In this document: piece after piece, positions 6,476 to 12,620 of the stretch
Position numbering within the stretch: position 1 is the first letter of the stretch
Layout of the letters: each line of letters starts with the position of its first letter
Source: a virus
Reading direction: 5' to 3' (one strand)
Length of the DNA stretch: 12,620 nt
Virus record (IMG/VR): IMGVR_UViG_3300024518_000024
Span: 1-12,620 of that record
Position numbers and translations under genes: made by a program
The notes under the pieces: model-generated
What the model saw: the letters and a program-made list of their open reading frames with translations, nothing else
Database searches by the model: none
What the model was told of the DNA's origin: nothing

Positions 6476-6874
6476 ATGGCTAACGAAGCGGTGTGCATTG
6501 AGACCCCTACAAGATTTGCAAGAAGGGTGATAGCAACAGGAACCGCGATACCTTTTGGTTCTATTATGCAGATTTCTAGTGACCCGGACACAGTGACTAT
6601 TTCTGATGGGGATAATGTTTTTGGTGGAATTAACTGGACACCTATACTGGCAACTGATACCTTTACTGAAATTACTGTGGCTTTGAATGGTACATGGGAT
6701 ATCAAGGATTCCGGAGCAGGTATGGCTATTGGAAACAAGTGCTCAGTTAATGGAGTTAATTTGGTTAAGACATTAATAGAGGCAGATACAGTTTTAGGTA
6801 AGGAAGTAGGTAAGGTTTTAGAGACAGCTAGCGCTAGTGAAGTTGTTAGAGTTAGAGTGGGGTCAGGTGAATAA
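6476..6874 (+). CDS. DUF2190-like head decoration or cement protein, 132 aa
   Basis: The pattern GTAIPFGSIMQIS...VFGGINW...ITVALNGTWDIK...GMAIGNKCSVNG...LGKVLETASASEVVRVRV matches the DUF2190 (PF09956) layout as I remember it. The gene lies immediately upstream of the capsid gene. Confidence 0.55.
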   Translation: MANEAVCIETPTRFARRVIATGTAIPFGSIMQISSDPDTVTISDGDNVFGGINWTPILATDTFTEITVALNGTWDIKDSGAGMAIGNKCSVNGVNLVKTLIEADTVLGKEVGKVLETASASEVVRVRVGSGE

Positions 6875-6960
6875 TGATAGATGAAGAAAAGAACACAACG
6901 GAAGAAGAAGGGAAGGATGAAAGCGATACTGAACAATCGACCGAAGGAGAGGAGGAATAA
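6874..6960 (+). CDS. Tiny, highly acidic ORF (28 aa) coupled at both ends (TAATG...TAATG); may only be a translated spacer
   Basis: My own translation is MIDEEKNTTEEEGKDESDTEQSTEGEEE*. The start overlaps the stop at 6872-6874 and the stop overlaps the capsid ATG at 6960. It contains the GGAGAGGAGG ribosome-binding site of the capsid gene. Confidence 0.2.
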   Translation: MIDEEKNTTEEEGKDESDTEQSTEGEEE

Positions 6961-7832
6961 TGGTAGCAGGTAGCGAGTTAGTAAACACAGACTTACGTAA
7001 GGAGTTCATAGATTCAGCAGTTAAGGCAGTTGTTAAGATTGAAGAGAAGTGGAAAGCCATGTGTACAATCGATAGTTCTTCAGCATGGACAGAATCATAT
7101 TTTAGAGAAACAAATGATGATTCCACTGATACAGGAACCGGGAGCCCAATGAAAGGATTAAGAGAATACGCGCCTTTCCCATTCATTGATGTAACGGAAA
7201 CAAAGGTTAGTTCCGTGATTGACAAGTATGCAGGGGAAAGCATTATTTCCTTGGAAGCCCAGTCAAACATCACAGTCCCTATGCTTCAAAGAAAGATTTA
7301 TAGGATTGGAAGAAAGATAATCTACCAAGTTGATGTAGCTATTGAAGCAAGTGTTAGCACAAACGCAGGTAACACCGTAGCAATCGGAGCAGGCAACGAG
7401 TGGGATTCTGCAACCATTGCTAACAGAGACCCGATTAAGGATGTTGCAGATGCGATTCAGACTTTAAGAGCTGACGGTATTGATGCCTTAGATGGCTCCG
7501 GCTTGTTAGTTGTTAATGGGACTGATTACACAAATATCATTACAAACACAAAGGTACTGAACCACCCAACATTCAAGGAAGTCTCCGCTATAAAGAACGG
7601 TAGAGTGAATATGCTGATGGGTCTTACTGTAGTTATAAGTGAAGCAGTCCAACCAGACCAAGCTTATGTTCTAGTTCAAAAGAAAGGTATGGTATGGAAA
7701 GCTGCCGAAGGAATGAAGGTTGTTACAACTGAAGAGCCGGGTAAGTGGACAACTATCCGGGCATGGGAGCGTGGTGTGTTTCAACTTCAGGCACCTAACG
7801 AGGTTTGTAAACTTACAAACACGAGGGCTTAG
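6960..7832 (+). CDS. Major capsid protein, HK97 fold (290 aa)
   Basis: It has the strongest Shine-Dalgarno in the genome (GAAGGAGAGGAGG). The motif layout NEWDSATIANRDPIKDVADAIQTLRADGIDALDGSGLLVVNGTDYTNI resembles the PF05065 pattern (W....dp..di..ai..l...g..p..ivmn..). Its position after the scaffold and decoration genes also fits. Confidence 0.7.
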   Translation: MVAGSELVNTDLRKEFIDSAVKAVVKIEEKWKAMCTIDSSSAWTESYFRETNDDSTDTGTGSPMKGLREYAPFPFIDVTETKVSSVIDKYAGESIISLEAQSNITVPMLQRKIYRIGRKIIYQVDVAIEASVSTNAGNTVAIGAGNEWDSATIANRDPIKDVADAIQTLRADGIDALDGSGLLVVNGTDYTNIITNTKVLNHPTFKEVSAIKNGRVNMLMGLTVVISEAVQPDQAYVLVQKKGMVWKAAEGMKVVTTEEPGKWTTIRAWERGVFQLQAPNEVCKLTNTRA

Positions 7833-7834
7833 CT

Positions 7835-8017
7835 ATGACACACGAGGGTAGGATGGCTCGCGGGAAGGAGAAAATTTCTAAAGGCATTAAAGATATTGAA
7901 ACTGAATACTATGAAGCTAACCAAGAAGTCGTACCTATTACAACTCCGGGTTATCCTAAGATGATTACAGCTATAGCAAAGAAGGAGAAGAAAAATGTCA
8001 AACCCAAGTCAGGATGA
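7835..8017 (+). CDS. Small basic hypothetical protein (60 aa)
   Basis: ORF track. GAGGG lies upstream of the ATG. No family recognised. Confidence 0.5.
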   Translation: MTHEGRMARGKEKISKGIKDIETEYYEANQEVVPITTPGYPKMITAIAKKEKKNVKPKSG

Positions 8018-8192
8018 GTTATACCCTAAGCATCTTGTAATTCCTCAGTACACAACTGCTGAGCGTAACGCTCTGATTGCAGATGTTGGCACCTTAATCT
8101 ATGATTCTACCCAAGATAAGTTAGCATTCTGTAAGGCTAAAGCTGCTGCTGCTGCTAGCTGGGAACTGATTACAAGCGTGGAGGAATCATAA
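7995..8192 (+). CDS. Small hypothetical protein (65 aa) with a fibre-like motif
   Basis: GAAGGAG lies 8 nt upstream of the ATG. LVIPQYTTAERNALIADVGTLIYDSTQDKLAFC...W resembles a motif I associate with N-terminal regions of some tail-fibre-like proteins, which is memory-based and weak. It contains an Ala run encoded by (GCT)5 at 8142-8156. Confidence 0.55.
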   Translation: MSNPSQDELYPKHLVIPQYTTAERNALIADVGTLIYDSTQDKLAFCKAKAAAAASWELITSVEES

Positions 8193-9023
8193 ATGGCCAC
8201 CACAGACATCTATCATATAACTGGTGGGCTTAAAGGCAGGAATGCAGTCATGTTTATTGATGGAGATACAGATGACTACGTACAAGTGAACGCTCACGCT
8301 GTGGCTAGAGTTGCGGCTAACGATACTGTTGGTACTTACAGCGCCTGGGTTAACATCATTAATATTGCTGATACGTTTACTGTCTTAGGAGCAGGTGATG
8401 CTAATGTTGTTGAATTTCTAGAGTTGAACATTGAAGCAGGTCTCTTGACTGCAAGGTGTACTGATGGGACAGTTGCCCAGTTTGTAACTCAAGCTGATGC
8501 TATTGGTTTTAAACCCCACAGATGGTATCACGTTGCAATGGTGCAGAATGCTAACGGGCAGGGAGTACACCTGTATATTGATGGAGAAAAGATAGCCTCA
8601 ACCAATGACACAACAACAGATGTGGATGAGTGGTATAATAATTTGGATGGTATTGATACGTTTAGAATTGGAGCAGCAAACAAAGCAGGGAATGATTCAG
8701 TGACTAATGAAATTACTGGTGGGATTAGTGACGTGAAGTATTGGAGTACAAACCTCACAGACACAGAGGTAAAGAATGATTTTCTTGGGGAAGCAGTGCA
8801 GGCCTCAGCATTACAGCTGCATATAGATTTTGTGGATGACTTGGTTGATGCTGGGCTGGGAGCAGATGATGGCACTATTGTTGGTGCAGTACTTCAATCA
8901 AATAATTATTGTGAGTTTACCTCAAGATTAAGAAATAGCACGGGCACGCCCGTTGTAGCCGATACCGTTCAATGTTTTGCCTCCGGGGAAACCGGGCACG
9001 CTGTGGTGATTCAGGCGGCCTAA
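8193..9023 (+). CDS. LamG / concanavalin-A-like lectin-fold protein (Laminin_G_3-like), 276 aa; probable carbohydrate-binding virion appendage
   Basis: TYSAWVNI...HRWYHVAMVQNANGQGVHLYIDGEKIAS...FRIGAANKAG...GGISDVKYWSTNLTDTEVKNDF is the classic LamG_3 (PF13385) signature. GGAGG lies upstream of the ATG. Confidence 0.75.
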   Translation: MATTDIYHITGGLKGRNAVMFIDGDTDDYVQVNAHAVARVAANDTVGTYSAWVNIINIADTFTVLGAGDANVVEFLELNIEAGLLTARCTDGTVAQFVTQADAIGFKPHRWYHVAMVQNANGQGVHLYIDGEKIASTNDTTTDVDEWYNNLDGIDTFRIGAANKAGNDSVTNEITGGISDVKYWSTNLTDTEVKNDFLGEAVQASALQLHIDFVDDLVDAGLGADDGTIVGAVLQSNNYCEFTSRLRNSTGTPVVADTVQCFASGETGHAVVIQAA

Positions 9024-9024
9024 C

Positions 9025-10917
9025 TTGGCACGCAACCCTTTGATACGACCGCGCAATATTTCTAAAGGCAAGCCAATGCCTACTCGTTCAGCTGGAATAT
9101 TAGATGACCATGCTCTGAGAAAGACTATTGCCACAAAGCAGGGCACTATAGAGCACGTACCCGCTAATGATTCTGATATTGCAAATAAGAAATACGTGGA
9201 TGGTGGGACTTACTTGACAGCTGGTGAGGGGATTGATATTACCGGCACAACTATTTCTGGAGAAGATTCAACAAGTTCTAATAAAGGAATCGTGACGATA
9301 ACTGGAGGCAATGGGATAGATGTTGAATACCCTGTTGATGGGCTGGCCGCAATCTCCGGAGAGCTGGCAACAGATACAAACACAGGCATTGCTAGATTTG
9401 ATGCTACTGGGTTCACAGTCACCGGAGGAAATGTTGTAATCAACGACATTTACGTCTTCAACTCAGGAGACACAATGACGGGACAATTAATTGTTCAGTC
9501 TGGCAACGGTAAAATCGTCACTTCTAATTCTTCTGGCTCTATTGATGTGCAGGATTCAAGTGGAAATGCTGGAAGCATAAGTTTTGGAAACACAGCAGAC
9601 ATTGGAATAAGCAATGATGGAGTGAGCGGTGGTTATGATTATGATGGAGCATTTATTCTAAAACAAAAAACCTCACAACCGGCAGAGAGAGGAGAGTTTA
9701 TCTTTATTGAACAAGGAGGAGATTGGAGATTTGCAATACCTAAGAGTGAGGCAGGAGTGGGGACATACAATCCGAGAAGCATGATTATTGCAGGACCCAG
9801 TACCAACATGACAACAAACTTTCAAGCTTCACATTGGGGATTCACTAACCTAGCTATGGACACAAGCGGAGATGGAGCAGACTTAGGGGTACAAAATGAT
9901 TGTGAAATCTTAGGGGATTTATTTGTTGGAGGGGCAACAGACTTATCTGGAAATATTGATATGAATGAAAACAATATTACAAATATAGGAGATCTAGATG
10001 GTGGTACTGCATTAAATCTTGTAGCAAGTCTATTTCTAACATTCAAATCTCCGGTAATTACATTGGGAGATGGTACTCTTTCGAGTGTTGGCTTATCATT
10101 CAACACAAGCGCAACAGATGGAACAATAACTTTTAATGGAACAAGTGGACAATACGATTTTGACAATCCAATAGACATGAACACGAATAAAATTGTTGGA
10201 GTTGTGGACCCAACCGCAGACCAAGAAGTCGCAACTAAAAAGTATGTTGATGACAACGACCATAGCTCTGTCACAATGTCTGGAACTCCGAACTACATAA
10301 CTCTTGTCGGGCAGGATATTGTGAGAGGCACGGTTGATATATCAGACGATACAAACCTCGCAGTCACAGCCCCAATTGTCTTAACAGGAGATACAGTTTC
10401 GGTAAGCACAACAACCTCAAGCGCTGTTGGAGTAATTGAGTTAGCAACGGAGGACGAAGTCCAAACCGGAACAGACACAACAAGAGCAGTAACCCCAGAC
10501 ACATTGCAATCTATTGCTCCCCCAATCGGAACGGTTATGGCATGGCTAAAATCCTATACTTCAACTCCCGCAACTCTACCGACTGGATGGGTGGAAGCAG
10601 ACGGCGCAACATTAAGCGATGCGGACTCTGTTTATGATGGACAGGTACTTCCCGATCTGAACGGAGGGATATTCTTGAGAGGAAACACAACTTCGGGAGC
10701 AACTGGAGGAAGCTCAACCCATAGATTAACAACGGCTGAAATGCCATCTCACATTCACACAGTTTCTACGAAAGTAGTGGCGGCATCTCCAGCAGGATTG
10801 GGTGGCGTTGCTTTCACAGGAGCCAACACAGTTAATACAAGTTCAACCGGTGGAGATACGGCCCACGAGAACAGACCTCCCTTCTATGATATTGTTTGGA
10901 TAATGAGAATAAAATGA
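9025..10917 (+). CDS. Tail fibre / receptor-binding protein with C-terminal phage tail-collar domain (630 aa from TTG 9025; alternative ATG at 9076)
   Basis: The C-terminus PIGTVMAWLKS...LPTGWVEADGATLS...VLPDLNGGIFLRG...GGSSTHRLTTAEMPSHIHT fits the tail-collar / MdpB-like family (PF07484). (A/V)(N/T)KKYVD occurs twice. VGVIELATEDEVQTGTDTTRAVTPDTL is a common fibre motif. Confidence 0.85.
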   Translation: MARNPLIRPRNISKGKPMPTRSAGILDDHALRKTIATKQGTIEHVPANDSDIANKKYVDGGTYLTAGEGIDITGTTISGEDSTSSNKGIVTITGGNGIDVEYPVDGLAAISGELATDTNTGIARFDATGFTVTGGNVVINDIYVFNSGDTMTGQLIVQSGNGKIVTSNSSGSIDVQDSSGNAGSISFGNTADIGISNDGVSGGYDYDGAFILKQKTSQPAERGEFIFIEQGGDWRFAIPKSEAGVGTYNPRSMIIAGPSTNMTTNFQASHWGFTNLAMDTSGDGADLGVQNDCEILGDLFVGGATDLSGNIDMNENNITNIGDLDGGTALNLVASLFLTFKSPVITLGDGTLSSVGLSFNTSATDGTITFNGTSGQYDFDNPIDMNTNKIVGVVDPTADQEVATKKYVDDNDHSSVTMSGTPNYITLVGQDIVRGTVDISDDTNLAVTAPIVLTGDTVSVSTTTSSAVGVIELATEDEVQTGTDTTRAVTPDTLQSIAPPIGTVMAWLKSYTSTPATLPTGWVEADGATLSDADSVYDGQVLPDLNGGIFLRGNTTSGATGGSSTHRLTTAEMPSHIHTVSTKVVAASPAGLGGVAFTGANTVNTSSTGGDTAHENRPPFYDIVWIMRIK

Positions 10918-11105
10918 AAAAGCAAAAACTAATAAAAAACATCGAATATATTTTAGATTGCTTGGAAGCTGATAAGAAAACTGCATCCCACAATGAGAAG
11001 GAAACCAACGCTATCGTCGATAGAATGATTGATTTTCAGATTCTATACCACCAATATGCAGGGCATTACTATCACCGAAAAGTATATAAAGACTTACTTA
11101 CTTAG
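10914..11105 (+). CDS. Small hypothetical protein (63 aa from ATG 10914; the ORF track opens at TTG 10896)
   Basis: The ATG overlaps the fibre stop (ATGA at 10914-10917). It is the last gene of the structural block. Confidence 0.5.
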   Translation: MKKQKLIKNIEYILDCLEADKKTASHNEKETNAIVDRMIDFQILYHQYAGHYYHRKVYKDLLT

Positions 11106-11111
11106 TAAGTC
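11083..11111 (+). promoter_or_regulatory. TATA-like octamer TATATAAA (11083-11090) followed directly by a perfect 8-bp-stem palindrome GACTTACT-tactt-AGTAAGTC (11091-11111) that abuts ATG 11112
   Basis: The octamer ends 22 nt before ATG 11112 and is preceded by ccgaaaa (BRE-like). I checked the palindrome pair by pair. It fills the whole TATA-to-start interval. Confidence 0.55.
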
Positions 11112-11279
11112 ATGACAATAAAAACATTAAACCTAAATTATTCCTTAACTAATTTTAATTCAATGAAGAAGAAGAAGGATATGTATGAGAAATTAAAGGG
11201 AAAGATTAGCTGGGAAGATTTTGTTTTCATGTGCACCGTCACCTATTTTCCTAAAGATGAGAAGGAGGTGAAAAAATGA
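11112..11279 (+). CDS. Small hypothetical protein (55 aa), first gene of the non-structural module
   Basis: My own translation is MTIKTLNLNYSLTNFNSMKKKKDMYEKLKGKISWEDFVFMCTVTYFPKDEKEVKK*. The stop overlaps the next ATG (ATGA at 11276-11279). The promoter-like box sits at the conserved distance. Confidence 0.45.
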   Translation: MTIKTLNLNYSLTNFNSMKKKKDMYEKLKGKISWEDFVFMCTVTYFPKDEKEVKK

Positions 11280-11575
11280 ATTGTAATAAATGCGGAATTG
11301 GACAGATGGCTTTGAAGTCAGGAAGGAACGGGCAGTTTATGGCCTGTGACCAGTATCCTCAATGCAAGAATACTGAGAACGTGGCACCGGGAACGCCAAT
11401 AATTCCACAAGCAACTGCACCAGCTAAGGAATACCACTTAAGCCCTGAAGAAGTAAATGCTAGAGCCTTGGAAGCTGCTATTAATTGCTCAGACATGGAG
11501 CAGAGACAGCAAACCAATCAATTACTAGACTTAGCTAATGTGTTTGTCAAGTACATAATGGGGAATGGGTACTAA
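11276..11575 (+). CDS. Topoisomerase-type C4 zinc-finger DNA-binding protein (99 aa)
   Basis: CNKCGIGQMALKSGRNGQFMACDQYPQCKNT matches the zf-C4_Topoisom pattern (C.CG..m......G.F.gC..yP.C). A strong Shine-Dalgarno AAGGAGGTG is present. Confidence 0.7.
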   Translation: MNCNKCGIGQMALKSGRNGQFMACDQYPQCKNTENVAPGTPIIPQATAPAKEYHLSPEEVNARALEAAINCSDMEQRQQTNQLLDLANVFVKYIMGNGY

Positions 11576-11916
11576 TGAAAGGACACAGCAGGAATAAGGT
11601 TGCTAAGAAGGAGCTGGAAGCACAGAAGGAATGGAGAAGGCAAGTATTGGAGAGAGATGGCCATAAGTGTCAGATTTGTGACCCTAGTGTTGTTGCTAAA
11701 AGGCTCAATGTCCATCATCTCATCCCGAGGGGAATTAAAGAATATCGGTGGGATGTGGACAATGGAATGACCTTGTGTGTCAGGCATCACACGCTTGGCA
11801 CGTTTTCAGCACATAAACATCCTTTTTGGTTTGTGAATTGGTTATGGAAAACCAAACCAAAGATATACTTTCAAATGGAAAGAAGGAACGCTCTAGCATA
11901 TTCGGAGGCTGGTTGA
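11575..11916 (+). CDS. HNH endonuclease (113 aa)
   Basis: GHKCQIC...LNVHHLIPR...DVDNGMTLCVRHH is a canonical HNH motif with flanking Cys pairs. The start overlaps the previous stop (TAATG). Confidence 0.85.
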   Translation: MKGHSRNKVAKKELEAQKEWRRQVLERDGHKCQICDPSVVAKRLNVHHLIPRGIKEYRWDVDNGMTLCVRHHTLGTFSAHKHPFWFVNWLWKTKPKIYFQMERRNALAYSEAG

Positions 11917-11965
11917 TGGTTCACCAGACGAACCCTGACATCCCGGAAAGACGGGAATTATAATC

Positions 11966-12202
11966 ATGGGAGAAACAGCAGAATTCGTAAAGGAGTTCAA
12001 TAAAGAAAAAAGTTTAAGCGAGAAGATTGAATGCGGAATAGTCCCTTGTGATGAAAAACTGCATAGGAAATCATTGAAAGCAACAGATGTACGAGAAGCG
12101 GTGCGGAGGTTGAAGCAAGCGACAGAGGAAGGACATGACGATTGGAATCTAAGTACAATGCTTAAAGAAATTGATGAGATATTCGGGGAAGCTCTCACAT
12201 GA
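11966..12202 (+). CDS. Hypothetical protein (78 aa), paralog A of a tandem pair
   Basis: It shares K(S/P)LSEK, EAVRRLK and LKE(I/L)(D/N)EIFGE blocks with the next ORF. Nucleotide identity is visible too (gtgcggaggttgaag in both). Confidence 0.6.
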   Translation: MGETAEFVKEFNKEKSLSEKIECGIVPCDEKLHRKSLKATDVREAVRRLKQATEEGHDDWNLSTMLKEIDEIFGEALT

Positions 12203-12417
12203 AACCACTGAGTGAGAAGGTCTTTGATGCAAAAGGGACGTGCTACACGGGTAAAGTCATTGAGGCCTGCAATGTTGCTGAGGCTGTGCGGAGGTTGAAG
12301 GAATTAACAAAGTCATGGATATTTGGAGAAGGCCCGTTTATGATAAACGAAGATAACATTGACGAGTACCTTAAGGAATTGAACGAGATATTCGGGGAGA
12401 TGAGAGAATGGGGATAA
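12199..12417 (+). CDS. Hypothetical protein (72 aa), paralog B of a tandem pair
   Basis: See paralog A. The ATG overlaps the paralog A stop (ATGA at 12199-12202). Confidence 0.6.
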   Translation: MKPLSEKVFDAKGTCYTGKVIEACNVAEAVRRLKELTKSWIFGEGPFMINEDNIDEYLKELNEIFGEMREWG

Positions 12418-12593
12418 CACCAAACAATCTCATGCTTGAGCGTGTGATCATGAAAAGAATGCAGGAACTATTAGATCAAGGTGAAGGGGAGCTCATAGAC
12501 TCCGAGATCGCAATCTGCAAGCTCAAATATGGGAAAAACTGGCACAAGGCCTACCGAGATCAAGTTATTTCAAACGTTAAAAAGAAACATTAG
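12408..12593 (+). CDS. Hypothetical protein (61 aa); its 3' end lies in the terminal repeat and converges on the - strand Zn-binding gene
   Basis: ORF track. It overlaps the preceding gene by 10 nt. On the circular map its last 17 nt overlap the 3' end of the - strand gene (coordinates 79-95). Confidence 0.5.
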   Translation: MGITPNNLMLERVIMKRMQELLDQGEGELIDSEIAICKLKYGKNWHKAYRDQVISNVKKKH

Positions 12594-12620
12594 TTCTTTC
12601 CCAAATACAGTTTATTTTAT
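12499..12620. repeat. Terminal direct repeat, copy B (identical to 1-122)
   Basis: See copy A. Confidence 0.95.

Noticed and set aside
7995-8017. Programmed ribosomal frameshift joining ORF 7835-8017 to ORF 7995-8192 across their 23-nt overlap
   Set aside because: Fusion would need a +1 shift and there is no convincing slippery heptamer. The downstream ORF has its own ATG with a well-spaced GAAGGAG site, so independent initiation is the simpler explanation.
8142-8156. (GCT)5 trinucleotide repeat as a contingency locus
   Set aside because: It is short and in frame, encoding an Ala run, and any slippage would only change the Ala count. It is noted under the CDS instead.
1-12620. Integrated prophage or capsid-forming satellite (cfPICI-like) interpretation
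   Set aside because: There is no integrase, att-like flank, host gene or primase-Rep module. The element closes on itself and carries its own fibre genes, which known capsid-forming satellites lack.

Overview
The window is one complete copy of a small virus genome. Bases 1-122 are identical to 12499-12620, so the unit is 12,498 bp and is either circular or terminally redundant. About 95% of it is coding. A long + strand morphogenesis block (1191-11105) encodes a large terminase, an HK97-type portal, a scaffold-like protein, a DUF2190-like decoration protein, an HK97-fold major capsid protein, a LamG-like lectin-fold protein and a tail fibre with a C-terminal tail-collar domain. A short + strand module (11112-12593) encodes a topoisomerase-type zinc-finger protein, an HNH endonuclease and two tandem paralogs. 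A divergent - strand pair (665-79) encodes a ribbon-helix-helix regulator and a Cys-rich zinc-binding protein. I could not recognise a polymerase, primase, helicase, Rep, integrase, prohead protease, tail tube, tape measure, endolysin, tRNA or CRISPR array. The single 525-bp non-coding region (666-1190) is densely structured. It holds an AT-rich stretch, a motif resembling an archaeal origin recognition box (TTCCAGTGGAAATAGGGGGGT), a 9-bp-arm palindrome, 11 copies of GTGACA/TGTCAC and two G9 tracts. Five genes that lack a Shine-Dalgarno sequence each have an A/T-only TATA-like octamer ending exactly 22 nt before the ATG, while operon-internal genes use GGAGG-type sites. This is the archaeal pattern of leaderless first genes. 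My overall reading, which is inference, is a very small archaeal tailed virus that replicates with host initiator proteins.
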